Assembly: GCA_943364975.1 (NCBI GenBank)
Contig: CALRIY020000004.1
Span: 5,736 to 69,735 of the forward strand
DNA from: Synechococcus sp. UW140
GTDB lineage: Bacteria; Bacteroidota; Ignavibacteria; UBA10030; UBA8401
Direction of reading: 5' to 3'
Length of the DNA stretch: 64,000 nt
The translations under genes and the position numbers were made by a program. The notes under the pieces were generated by a model. The model was not told the origin of the DNA and ran no database searches. It was given only the letters and a program-made list of their open reading frames with translations. Positions 46,027 through 55,652 of this stretch are shown in pieces (positions within the stretch are counted from its first letter, which is position 1; each line of letters opens with the position of its first letter).

Positions 46027-47109
46027 ATGACCATCGGCGCAGATAAAGATTCCCAGAAAAAGATGATCGGCGAACTGCTGAAAGCAGCGGACCGCCACAT
46101 CAAATCCGCGGAATGGACCAAAGCACTTGACGAAGTGGGGAAAGCTCTCGCGATCGAGCCGAACAATATGTACGCGATGGCCTACAAGGACAGGATCAAT
46201 GTTTCTCTCGCCGAAGAGAAGAAAAAAGCGGAAGAAGAAAAAGTAAAGAAACTCGCCGAAGAGAAAAAGCCGGCTGAGAAAGTTCCCGAACCTCCCAAAG
46301 AAGAACCGAAAGCCGAACCGGTGAAACCGGCCGAAGCACCCAAAGCGGAAGAAAAAAAACCGGAAGCAGTCAAACAGGCGCCGGCACCCGCTCCGCCGCC
46401 GCCCGCAGCACCCGCAGCGGCGAAGGATGATTCCTCGGCTCGGGTAGAATCACTCCGTCAGGAATTCGCAGCGACACAAGCGAAGCTTCAGCGGGAAGTC
46501 GCACAGCTGACCATGCAGGTGAAGGAAGCGCAGGCACTGAAGGATGCGACCGAAAAGAATCTGAATGCACAGATCATCTCGCTGACGAAAGAACTGACTG
46601 ATGCGAAGAAACAATCCGGTTCCTCCGATCCGAAAGAGCTCGATGCACTGAAGAAAGAGATCGATACCCTCAAAGAAAAACATGCCAAGGAGACCGAAAG
46701 TGCGAAGGAGATGGCGCGGGCGGAGATGCTGACGCAGGTCGCCGTTCTGCAGAAGGAGCTCGAGGCGCTGAAGAAAACATCGGACAGTGCTTCCCTCCGC
46801 AAACAGGGTGAATCGATCCTGATGACCATGTTCCATAAAGCATGGCAGGACGGTTCGATCTCGGACGAAGAGCGTGCTCTGCTGCTTCTGCTGAAAGGTG
46901 CCATCGAAATGACCGAAGCAAAATTCGGGGAGATGGAAGCGGGAGCAAAGAATGAAGCGTATTTGAACGCTCTCCGGAATGTCTGGTCGGACGGCGTCGT
47001 CACTCCGGAAGAATCCGATTTCCTCACGTCGCTTCGCGATAAGCTCGGCATTCCGGCGGACGAACATTTCAAACTGGAAGGTCAGATCAGAAAAGAACTG
47101 AAAAAATAG
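46027..47109 (+). CDS. coiled-coil protein with K/E/P-rich linker and two C-terminal TerB-like repeats
   Basis: TPR-like N-terminus, low-complexity (KAEE/PAPAPP) segment, long heptad-like region, then two DGxxxxEE repeats (DGSISDEERALLLLL, DGVVTPEESDFLTSL). Confidence 0.55.
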   Translation: MTIGADKDSQKKMIGELLKAADRHIKSAEWTKALDEVGKALAIEPNNMYAMAYKDRINVSLAEEKKKAEEEKVKKLAEEKKPAEKVPEPPKEEPKAEPVKPAEAPKAEEKKPEAVKQAPAPAPPPPAAPAAAKDDSSARVESLRQEFAATQAKLQREVAQLTMQVKEAQALKDATEKNLNAQIISLTKELTDAKKQSGSSDPKELDALKKEIDTLKEKHAKETESAKEMARAEMLTQVAVLQKELEALKKTSDSASLRKQGESILMTMFHKAWQDGSISDEERALLLLLKGAIEMTEAKFGEMEAGAKNEAYLNALRNVWSDGVVTPEESDFLTSLRDKLGIPADEHFKLEGQIRKELKK

Positions 47110-47133
47110 ATCCCGTTACCGGTCATTATCATC

Positions 47134-47171
47134 AGCCATCAGGTCGTCAAAAAGATCCGATGGCTTTTTTA
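47134..47171 (+). terminator. probable intrinsic terminator
   Basis: AGCCATC-N18-GATGGCT followed by TTTTTT, 25 nt after the stop at 47109. Confidence 0.5.
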
Positions 47172-47245
47172 TTGCCGTCATCCTTTCGCAGAGAATATTG
47201 CTGCGGTGATGGAGAACGGGATGACTTCCCGTTCTACGTTCTGTG

Positions 47246-47938
47246 TCATTGCGTGTGGGATCTTTGGGGGCGCCGGGTCAGAAGTTTGTCCGTGAAAATA
47301 TCGCAGAGCCTGTTCTCCGAATCCAGGTGATAGCGGTACGTTTTCCAGCGGACCTTGCGAACGGAATATTGCTGACGCACGCGGCGGTAAAAATCGAAAT
47401 CCTCGCCGAAGGGAATGGGAGAGAATCCGCGCACTGATGCGAGGACCGCTCTGCGGAAGAAGAATGTTCCGCCGATGTGGCATCGGTCGAGATGGATCTT
47501 CTTGGTCGGATCGGTCATATCGACGACATACTGCTTCCGTTTAGGACCGATCAGCGTCATTCCGCCGTGAATCAGATCCACGCCGGGATGTCCGGTCATG
47601 AATCGGACCCGGTGTTCCAGATGTCTCGGCGTCAATTCATCATCCGAATCAACGAAACAGATGAATGTTCCCCGCGCCCGCCGCAGTCCGGCGTTTCTGG
47701 CAGCAGCAAGCCCTTGATTTGTTTGGAAATGATACCGAATTCTTTTATCCTTTTGCCGGAAACCGCGCATCACCTGCCGGGTACGGTCCGAACTGCCGTC
47801 ATCGATCACGATCAATTCCCATCGGGAATATGATTGAGCCAGAACGGAGCGGACCGCAAAAGGCAATAGTTTTTCCCTATTGAAGGTGCAGAGAATAATT
47901 GAAACCAACGGCCGTTTTTCCGACATTCTGTTGTCCAT
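47246..47938 (-). CDS. family 2 glycosyltransferase
   Basis: VSIILCTFNREKLLPFAVRSVLAQSY..ELIVIDDGSSDRT and a DxD-type FVDSDDE motif. Confidence 0.85.
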   Translation of the reverse strand: MDNRMSEKRPLVSIILCTFNREKLLPFAVRSVLAQSYSRWELIVIDDGSSDRTRQVMRGFRQKDKRIRYHFQTNQGLAAARNAGLRRARGTFICFVDSDDELTPRHLEHRVRFMTGHPGVDLIHGGMTLIGPKRKQYVVDMTDPTKKIHLDRCHIGGTFFFRRAVLASVRGFSPIPFGEDFDFYRRVRQQYSVRKVRWKTYRYHLDSENRLCDIFTDKLLTRRPQRSHTQ

Positions 47939-48077
47939 AAAATAAAGTACTAATAATTCATCAATTCACCAGCACTTCTCCACAAGTGGTTTTTAACGTA
48001 TCGGTCCGGAGCAGTAAGCGTATTAACGAACAATAATACAATCGAATCCGTTCACTGTTCACAGGATCCTTCACTGT

Positions 48078-50465
48078 ATGATAAAAAATCTCCTCCTGCT
48101 GTTCCTGCTGATCATCACCGCCGCTGATGCTCAGGTGCATACGCTGTCCGGACTTGTGCTGGACAGCGAGACGCTGCAGCCGCTTCCGTCTGCGACGCTC
48201 CGGATCATCGGCGGCACAAAAGGGACGGTCACGAACAGCGCCGGACAGTTCCGGCTTTCCCTCCAATCGCAGCGTTACGAAGTGGCAGTGAGTTATCTGG
48301 GATATCAAAGCGACACGGTCAGCGTGGAAATGTCGTCCGATCAGTTCCGCGCAGTCCGGCTTCTGCCGAACGCGATCGAATTGTCCGGAGTGACGGTGAC
48401 GGATGAGGATCCGGCGTACGAGATCATCCGTCGTGCGGTGGAGAGCAAGAAAAAATGGATGGCGCAGCTGCGGACATTCGAGGGAAAGGCGTTCACGCGG
48501 ACGCAGATACGGACCGACAGTTCCATTGCGGCGATCACCGAATCGTATTCCACGCTGTATTGGACGAGGGATGACTCCATCCGTGAAGTGATCACGCAGC
48601 AGAAGCAGACGGGAAATATTCCGGCGGGAATGTTCGCTTCACGTGCAGGGGAAGTGGTGAACTTCAATGACGACAGGATAAAGATGGGAGGGTTCGTGTT
48701 CATCGGTCCAACCGCGCCGAACGCTTTCGATTATTACGATTACCGTCTGCTCTCCACGCGCAAGATGGATGATTTTGAGGTCTATACTATCCGGATCGAA
48801 CCGCGATCAAAGATCACTCCGCTGTTCAAAGGGACGATCTCCATCGCCGAACGTTCGTATGCGGTGATGGAAGTGGATGTGATGCCGAACGAAGCGTTCA
48901 ATCAGCCCTTCGTGAATGTCCGCCATTCCCGCTACCGTCAATCCTTCCGTCTGTTCGAGAATAAGTTCTGGCTCATGTCCGGTTTCCGGTTCGACGGTCT
49001 CTTCAAGATCAGCATTGCGGGGATCGCTCTTCCGTCGTTCGGCATCGAACGGGATCTGGTGATCTATGAGTATGCGGTGAATCCGCAATTCGCCGACACC
49101 ATCAAGCAGCTGAAGAAACTGACGGTCGATTCCTCGGCGACCCTCTTCGATTCCACCTTCTGGTCGGCGAATGCCATCCTGCCGCTGACGCAGGAACAGG
49201 ACAGCGCGTACAGAACACTGGACAGCACGCAGTCGCTGGCGAAAAAATTTGCACCGACCGGTCCGGGGCTGGCACTGTTGGGTTTTGTGGCCGGCGGTAT
49301 CGGGATGGCGGAGGTGTGGTTCACGCGTGTGGAGGGATTGCATTTGGGTGTGAATCCGTCCTTCCGGGATGTGGTAAAAGGTCTTGATGTGCGTGCCTCG
49401 CTCGGGTACGGTTTTGCGGATCGGCAGTGGAAGTATGGAGCCGGAGCGACCTATTCTTTCGGCGGCGACAGTACCGCTCGTTCCGGAATAGGATTTGCGA
49501 ACATCATCCTCCCGACCCGGCCGTATTCCATTTCACTGGATGTGTATGACAAACATAAATTCTTTCCGGAGCCGCTGCTGCCGGGTCTGCTGCTGAATTC
49601 CCTCTCCGCTCTCTTTGAAAAAGAGGATGTACACGATTACTACCGGGTGATCGGAGGAAGTTCCACATTGACGGCCGCACCGAACAGACATGTTTCCGGC
49701 ACGGTGACGGTGCTGAGCGAACGGCATCTCTCCGTGTACCAGAACACCAATTATTCGATCATCAACCGACACAAACAATATCCCTTTCAGCCGGCGATCG
49801 CCGAGGGACGCATGAACAGTCTCACCGTCTCAGCAACATATTCCACGGCGCAGATCTTCAGTTTCGAAAAAGAGGCGCTGAGCATCACCGCAAAAGCGGA
49901 ACACTCCTCCGCACTGATCGGAAGCGATTTCGAATTCACGAAGCTCTCCGGAAAACTCCGCGGAAAGTTCGCGACGATGCTGAAAGAGGAGACGGTCTTT
50001 CCGCCGACGTTCGGTTTTCAGATCTCGGCATCGGTCACTCCGGGACATCTTCCGCCGCAGCGCTACAGCGAACTCTATTCCCGCTTCGAGACGTTCGCGG
50101 GATACGGGTCATTGAAAGGATTGAAACGGCGTCAGTTCTACGGGGACAGTTATTTGTCGTTCACCGCCGACCATAATTTCCGCAAAATGCTGTTTGCACC
50201 GCTGGGAATCCAATGGCTGATGGAGTCGAATCTGGAGCTGATCCTGGAAGGGAATGCTGCGCGCAGCTGGCTCTCGGGACGGGAACTGAGGAGTCCGCTC
50301 TTCCCGGTCCGCGATTCCGGCGGCTGGTATTATGAGGCGAGTATCGGTCTTTCGAATGTGCTGGACCTGTTCAGGATCGATCTGACACGGCGGCTGACCG
50401 CACCGACCGATTGGGTCGTTTCTTTGACAATTTCCGATTTTCTTGCAGGACTATTCGCCCTGTAA
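48078..50465 (+). CDS. DUF5686 plus carboxypeptidase-regulatory-like domain outer-membrane protein
   Basis: Signal peptide; LSGLVLDSETLQPLPSATLRIIGGTKGTVTNSAGQFRL; the EDPAYEIIRRAVESKKKW segment is typical of DUF5686; 795 aa. Confidence 0.7.
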   Translation: MIKNLLLLFLLIITAADAQVHTLSGLVLDSETLQPLPSATLRIIGGTKGTVTNSAGQFRLSLQSQRYEVAVSYLGYQSDTVSVEMSSDQFRAVRLLPNAIELSGVTVTDEDPAYEIIRRAVESKKKWMAQLRTFEGKAFTRTQIRTDSSIAAITESYSTLYWTRDDSIREVITQQKQTGNIPAGMFASRAGEVVNFNDDRIKMGGFVFIGPTAPNAFDYYDYRLLSTRKMDDFEVYTIRIEPRSKITPLFKGTISIAERSYAVMEVDVMPNEAFNQPFVNVRHSRYRQSFRLFENKFWLMSGFRFDGLFKISIAGIALPSFGIERDLVIYEYAVNPQFADTIKQLKKLTVDSSATLFDSTFWSANAILPLTQEQDSAYRTLDSTQSLAKKFAPTGPGLALLGFVAGGIGMAEVWFTRVEGLHLGVNPSFRDVVKGLDVRASLGYGFADRQWKYGAGATYSFGGDSTARSGIGFANIILPTRPYSISLDVYDKHKFFPEPLLPGLLLNSLSALFEKEDVHDYYRVIGGSSTLTAAPNRHVSGTVTVLSERHLSVYQNTNYSIINRHKQYPFQPAIAEGRMNSLTVSATYSTAQIFSFEKEALSITAKAEHSSALIGSDFEFTKLSGKLRGKFATMLKEETVFPPTFGFQISASVTPGHLPPQRYSELYSRFETFAGYGSLKGLKRRQFYGDSYLSFTADHNFRKMLFAPLGIQWLMESNLELILEGNAARSWLSGRELRSPLFPVRDSGGWYYEASIGLSNVLDLFRIDLTRRLTAPTDWVVSLTISDFLAGLFAL

Positions 50466-50618
50466 AATCTTCGATGAACATTTGTTAATCTTTTGTTATC
50501 AAAAGTTCCTTGGATGAGTTTTCATTTTGTCGTATTTTTGTATCGTTAGATGTTTCTCTACAATGACGTGCAATGACGTGAAAAAGGAGATGTTGAAATA
50601 GAAAAGGTATTTTTACAG

Positions 50619-50975
50619 TTGGAAGAAGAGTTGGCGCAAGCGTTGACCAGGAAAGACCCCGAACCGCTCCACAGAATTCTCGACGAACACTACATCCACA
50701 CCAATTCCATCGGCCGTATCTGCACCAAAGAACAGACGATCGAGAAATTCCATCATACGCTGGAGGAATTATCGTTCTATTCCGTCACGAACGGCGATAT
50801 GCGCGTGCATGTCTACGATCATGCGGCCGTCGTCACCGGAACCCAGGTACAGCACGCTACCAAGCAGGATCAATTATTGTTCCTGAAGGTCCGCTTCACA
50901 TCCATGTATGCGATGAAGGACGGGAATTGGAAATTGGTGGCAGGCCATAAGGCCAAGACCGAAGGAACGTTGTGA
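50619..50975 (+). CDS. SnoaL-like/DUF4440 (NTF2-fold) protein
   Basis: About 118 aa with the L..AL...D...L..ILDE.Y pattern. Only a TTG start is available at 50619. The frame stays open and family-like back to 50577 without a canonical start (see findings). Confidence 0.55.
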   Translation: MEEELAQALTRKDPEPLHRILDEHYIHTNSIGRICTKEQTIEKFHHTLEELSFYSVTNGDMRVHVYDHAAVVTGTQVQHATKQDQLLFLKVRFTSMYAMKDGNWKLVAGHKAKTEGTL

Positions 50976-51030
50976 CAACCGCATCGTTCTCCGCCCGCTG
51001 ATTCTTTTACACCACGCTCCGATCCATTGT

Positions 51031-51756
51031 TCACACGAACTGCGTGATGATCCGCTGCGCCTCATGGATCTTTCCGTCCGGTATCGGAATATATACGTCT
51101 TTGGTCTGTCGGCCGTATCTCCCCCGAACAGTATAGGTGATGAAGATGCACGGCCAGCCGGTGAGTTCATCATTCTTGATCTCTGCAGAAACAAATCCCG
51201 CACCATACGAACTCCAGTCAATGAACATTCCGTTCACATACACACATGAAGCAGAAAGATATGCTTCGTGCGGAGGTGTGAGCGCCTTTCTGTGAAAATC
51301 CTTCGCCATGGCAAAACCGAGAAGATATGCGAACAATGCCAGTCCGGCCCCTACGGCAATCCCCGCCGGCAGTCCCGCTGAACCGTCTTTGAACAGGCCG
51401 ACGAACGGTCCGGCGATGAGGATCACTCCCGCAGTGATATTCGCATTGGTCATTTGCCGTTGATATTCCGAAACAATGAACTGCCGGAAGACCGAGCCGG
51501 GATATTCCCAGCGGGCTAATAGTCCCTCCCCCTGAACAAGAGCGCGGATCTTCACTGCTGCTTTTTTTCCTGTCAGAAAAAAAACAACGATGAGAACGCT
51601 GACCATAAGAGCAAATAGTCCGAAGATGAACCCGGGGAACTGCAGACCGACCATCCATACTGCAAGCGATGCGATATTCAATACAACGGCGAATATGAAC
51701 ATGGTGCGGATGAGCGATTTGTACGGATTGAGATCGTTAATGACAGACGACGGCAT
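51031..51756 (-). CDS. hypothetical integral membrane protein
   Basis: 241 aa with four hydrophobic helices and a soluble C-terminal segment. No family recognised. Confidence 0.5.
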   Translation of the reverse strand: MPSSVINDLNPYKSLIRTMFIFAVVLNIASLAVWMVGLQFPGFIFGLFALMVSVLIVVFFLTGKKAAVKIRALVQGEGLLARWEYPGSVFRQFIVSEYQRQMTNANITAGVILIAGPFVGLFKDGSAGLPAGIAVGAGLALFAYLLGFAMAKDFHRKALTPPHEAYLSASCVYVNGMFIDWSSYGAGFVSAEIKNDELTGWPCIFITYTVRGRYGRQTKDVYIPIPDGKIHEAQRIITQFV

Positions 51757-51811
51757 TGTTCCCCGCAGTGATATGATGGGAGAATGATAGGAAATTTATT
51801 TTGAAGTTCCT

Positions 51812-52720
51812 TTAGGAGTGACTGGTCAGGACCCTGCGGGGTGCGGTGCGGCATTCGGCACTGCAGGATTGTTCTGTTGTATCCTGACAGGATTCGCAGG
51901 AAAAATACTGATAATGGCAGTCCAGATTGGCGCAATTGATGTACCGGACGGTCGTTGTTCCGCAATGTTTGCAGACGGAGACCGGAGAATAATCCTCCGT
52001 GTGATTGATCGGGACCGAGATGCGCTGATCGAACACATAACAGAGTCCGTCCCACAATCTGCCTTTTACCGACTCATCCTTGCCGTAGGTGACAATCCCT
52101 CCGTCCAGCTGTGCCACATTATTGAAACCTTCGCTCAGCATGAACGCAGTCAGTTTTTCACACCGCACTCCGCCGGTGCAGTAGGTGAGGATCGTCCTGT
52201 CCTTCTTGTCGCCGAGATTCTCGCGGATCCACTGCGGGAAATCGCGGAATGACCGAACGGAAGGACGGATCGCATTCCGGAAATGTCCGAGATCATATTC
52301 ATAATCGGTCCGTCCGTCCAGGATCACCACATCATCCTTCTGCATGGTCTCGTACCATTCCTGCGGAGACAGATAGCGGCCGGTCTGTTTCAGCGGACTG
52401 CCGTTCTCTCCGACGCGGAACGTAACCAGTTCATCTTTCACGCGGACGAACAGTTTGTCGAACACATGACCGTCGGTTTCGTCCGTCTTAAAGATGATAT
52501 CGGCGAACCGGGGATCCATCGTGAGCGTATCGATATAACATTGGGTCTGATCGACGGTGCCGGAGACCGTTCCGTTGATCCCTTCGGGAGAGATGAGGAT
52601 ACGTCCGCGCAGTCCCAGCTGCCAGCAGAGGTGAAGATGATGCTGAGCAAAGAGGGCATACCCGTGGATCGGGACGAACTTATAATAGAGCAGTACGCGG
52701 TATGCATGTGCTGTATTCAC
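51812..52720 (-). CDS. trhO: rhodanese-domain protein UPF0176/TrhO (tRNA uridine(34) hydroxylase)
   Basis: N-terminal LYYKFVPI...GRILISPEGINGTVSG, rhodanese active-site loop YCTGGVRCEK, C-terminal Cys-rich tail. Confidence 0.8.
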   Translation of the reverse strand: MNTAHAYRVLLYYKFVPIHGYALFAQHHLHLCWQLGLRGRILISPEGINGTVSGTVDQTQCYIDTLTMDPRFADIIFKTDETDGHVFDKLFVRVKDELVTFRVGENGSPLKQTGRYLSPQEWYETMQKDDVVILDGRTDYEYDLGHFRNAIRPSVRSFRDFPQWIRENLGDKKDRTILTYCTGGVRCEKLTAFMLSEGFNNVAQLDGGIVTYGKDESVKGRLWDGLCYVFDQRISVPINHTEDYSPVSVCKHCGTTTVRYINCANLDCHYQYFSCESCQDTTEQSCSAECRTAPRRVLTSHS

Positions 52721-52763
52721 GGAGAAAGATACGGAAAAATCCTGAAATTTCTGAAGGGAGAAT

Positions 52764-53069
52764 TCAGAGGGAGTGTTGTTTCACATGTTCTACGATGATC
52801 ATCGCATCACCGACGGGATCAGCGGAAGGAGAGGAAAAATTTGTATCGAGCCGTGTAGCGAGGCGGTTCGCAGCGGCGCGGACCAGGACCGGAAGAGCGA
52901 CATCGTGCTCCGCCCGATGTAGGTGCTGAAGAAAATCCGATGAGTGACTGCCGTAATGATGTTCCAGCGCAATGCCGGCGATGCGGCGGGCGGAGGTGCG
53001 TGTGCGTCCCGGATTCTGATCAGGGAGGATACGGCTAAATTCAGTTTCGATCTGTATCAGCCAATTCAT
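52764..53069 (-). CDS. hypothetical 101-aa protein translationally coupled to DUF2851
   Basis: The ATG at 53067-53069 overlaps the DUF2851 stop (ATGA). The longer track ORF (to 53123) would overlap DUF2851 by 58 nt. No family recognised. Confidence 0.5.
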   Translation of the reverse strand: MNWLIQIETEFSRILPDQNPGRTRTSARRIAGIALEHHYGSHSSDFLQHLHRAEHDVALPVLVRAAANRLATRLDTNFSSPSADPVGDAMIIVEHVKQHSL

Positions 53070-54562
53070 TCGAGTTCGAGTTCCCTTCCGACGGCGCATT
53101 CTGCGCACCGGATCGAAGTGCAATACCGCTTATGAAGCTGGATCAATCCCTGCTGCTGGTATGCATGAGACATCGTGATCTTTTGTTTCAGCAGCTGAAG
53201 TTCCATCCTTTTGACAACGGAATTCTCCTCCAATAACGGCAGATCTACGGCAAGATTCAAGCAGTGATCGAAAAGTTCTTCATTTCCGAAGATCTTCGCA
53301 TATAATGCGGTGAACGGGACCGCCGTATTGACGAGAATATCCAATGTTCGCGGGCGTCCGATCACTGCGTGCTTTTGAAAGACCCCCTCCGCAAATGAGT
53401 AATGATAACTCCAAAACGGATGCTCTCCGGCGTCGAACAATGAGGACAGCTGAGCGGTCTTGGAGACGGAGGAGGAGAACCGTCCGCCGACGATCGTGAT
53501 GATCGACCGGAAGAGGGATTGGGAAACGATGCGGAAGAGGAAGAGAGCGGCCGCAGCGATCCGGATGGTCGGGAAGTTCGCCGGACGTGTGGGAGAGAAA
53601 TTCCACACATCCTCACTGAGCGGTGCGAGAGGAAGTGTGCGCGGCAGTTCTTTCCACGCAGCGAGCAGGGAGTGAACGTACACCTTGGAATCCTGATCGG
53701 TGATCTCCTCCAGCGGCGGGAGCAATCCGGACACTTTGAAGAGGAGCGCCTCCAGATGTACCGGTGTCAACGGAGTACGGTCCGATGCTCCGTCGGGTGC
53801 AGCGGAGAGATCTTTGACGACCGGAACGGAGACGATCTCCGCCAACCGCATCATCGGTTCGCGGTTGTTCGAATATCCGAGCGCGTCCATGATCTGTTCA
53901 AAGAGGAGCTGTTCCCAGGGAAGTACCTGCCGAAAAAGGTCATTGTCAAGAGTACCGTCCGGCAGCGGGATCTCGTCGATCAAGTCCGGGTATGGAGGAT
54001 GCGGTTCACGGATAGAGCGCTGCTGAGCGACGATGATGTCGCAGAGTCTGGTATGGAACAGGAGGATCTTTTCCTGAAGCCGCTCCCGGTACATCCGCTT
54101 CATTGTTTCATCCAGCAGCTCCGGTGCGACCGGACCATTGATGGAGGTACAGGGGATCTCGCCGCGGCGCGATGCATGTTCCTCGCGCGCAAGCTGATCG
54201 CTGATCCGTTCCACGGAGGTGCGGAGGAACGGCTCCAGAATAATGGTCGGGATGATCCTGCCGCTGTGTGCATGGGTTTGAAGAGGCGAACCGAAGAGGA
54301 CAACGTGGAGGATGACGGAATTATACCGGGGATCGGTATGGTGATCGTGATGCAGCCAGTCTCCGGCGGTCCGGTGGAACTCCACATCGCCGGTGAAGAT
54401 CACGCCGCCGATCTCGATGCGTGCATCGCGAAAATCCGGTCCGCTTTTGCGCGAGAGGTTGCCCTGGCGGGAAATGCGAACGGCCCGTCCATCCGTTGTG
54501 ACGAGCCGTTCAGTGTCAAATAATTGTCTGGACCAGATATGTCGGAGGAGATCTTCGTGCAT
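53066..54562 (-). CDS. DUF2851 family protein
   Basis: N-terminal LLRHIWSRQLF...GPDFRDARIEIGGVIFTGDVEFHRTAGDWLHHDHHTDPRYNSVILHVV matches the DUF2851 signature; 498 aa. Confidence 0.75.
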   Translation of the reverse strand: MHEDLLRHIWSRQLFDTERLVTTDGRAVRISRQGNLSRKSGPDFRDARIEIGGVIFTGDVEFHRTAGDWLHHDHHTDPRYNSVILHVVLFGSPLQTHAHSGRIIPTIILEPFLRTSVERISDQLAREEHASRRGEIPCTSINGPVAPELLDETMKRMYRERLQEKILLFHTRLCDIIVAQQRSIREPHPPYPDLIDEIPLPDGTLDNDLFRQVLPWEQLLFEQIMDALGYSNNREPMMRLAEIVSVPVVKDLSAAPDGASDRTPLTPVHLEALLFKVSGLLPPLEEITDQDSKVYVHSLLAAWKELPRTLPLAPLSEDVWNFSPTRPANFPTIRIAAAALFLFRIVSQSLFRSIITIVGGRFSSSVSKTAQLSSLFDAGEHPFWSYHYSFAEGVFQKHAVIGRPRTLDILVNTAVPFTALYAKIFGNEELFDHCLNLAVDLPLLEENSVVKRMELQLLKQKITMSHAYQQQGLIQLHKRYCTSIRCAECAVGRELELE

Positions 54563-54602
54563 AATGTTCTTTTCACGGAGACACAGAGAACACGGAGAAG
54601 AA

Positions 54603-55427
54603 CTACGGAAAATACTTATTTCTAAAAAAATTGATCTCGTTATTCAGTTTCAGTGCTTCGCTCCGTGCGGGTCCGGCGAAATCCTTTCCGGAGGATGCGT
54701 AGATAATGCTCCGGCTCGCGTTGATGAGCACGCCGAAACCATCCTTCGTGCATCCGTAGCGGATCACTTCCTCCACGGAGCCTCCTTGAGCGCCGACACC
54801 GGGGACGAGGAACGGGATCTCCGGAGCGAGCGAACGGACGGCGCGGATGTCGGTCGATTTTGTCGCGCCGACCACGAAACCGAGATTCTTCCGTTCATTC
54901 CACTGCTGCGATGCGGTCACCACGTGTTCAAAGAGCCGTTTCTTCCCGATCTTTTGATATTGAAAATCGAACGCGCCGGCGTTGGATGTAAGCGCCAGCA
55001 GGAAGACCCCTTTGTCCTTTTGTTCAAGGAAGGGCTGGACGGAATCCTTTCCCATATACGGAGCGACGGTGATGGAGTCGAAATCCATATAGGTCAAGAT
55101 CGCTTTTGCATACTGTGCGGATGTGTTCCCGATATCCCCGCGCTTTGCATCGGCGATGGTCAGAATGGACGAGGGGATGAACGCACGCGTCTTCTCAATG
55201 ATGGTCCAGCCCTCTTTCCCGAGCGATTCGTAGAAAGCAAAATTGATCTTGTATGCGCAGGCGATATCCTTTGTGGCGTTGATGATCTGCTTGTTGAATT
55301 CGAGGATGCCGTTCTTTTTTCCCCGGAGATGCATCGGCAGTTTTGCGGGATCGGTGTCGAGTCCGACGCATAAAAAGGAATTTGCTTTTTTCTGGATGGA
55401 ATGGAGGCGCGAGGTGAAGGTCATCAT
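54603..55427 (-). CDS. pyrF: orotidine 5'-phosphate decarboxylase (type 2)
   Basis: Start at 55427 (MMTFTS). Motifs LCVGLDTDP, ADAKRGDIGNT, LVPGVGAQGG. Confidence 0.85.
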   Translation of the reverse strand: MMTFTSRLHSIQKKANSFLCVGLDTDPAKLPMHLRGKKNGILEFNKQIINATKDIACAYKINFAFYESLGKEGWTIIEKTRAFIPSSILTIADAKRGDIGNTSAQYAKAILTYMDFDSITVAPYMGKDSVQPFLEQKDKGVFLLALTSNAGAFDFQYQKIGKKRLFEHVVTASQQWNERKNLGFVVGATKSTDIRAVRSLAPEIPFLVPGVGAQGGSVEEVIRYGCTKDGFGVLINASRSIIYASSGKDFAGPARSEALKLNNEINFFRNKYFP

Positions 55428-55570
55428 AAATGAATCTCTTGATGAAAAATTTGTGATGGAATGAGATGCTGGATACTGGTTACAGGATCGGTACAAGGTA
55501 ATAATAAAAATGGCTCCGGGGGAGCCATTTTTGTTGAAAAAGTATTGCATAAACAGGCGACTGTTTTATA

Positions 55571-55622
55571 GATGCCCGCTAAAAACACGTCCCAAAGGGA
55601 TCCCTTTGGGACGGGCATGACG
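55571..55622. repeat. nested stem-loop module (REP-like)
   Basis: ATGCCC..[GTCCCAAAGGGatcCCTTTGGGAC]GGGCATGAC, with an 11-bp perfect inner stem. The same module occurs in degenerate form at 1123-1146. Confidence 0.75.
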
Positions 55623-55652
55623 ATCGAATTTTATGCAGTGCTTATCCTTGTT

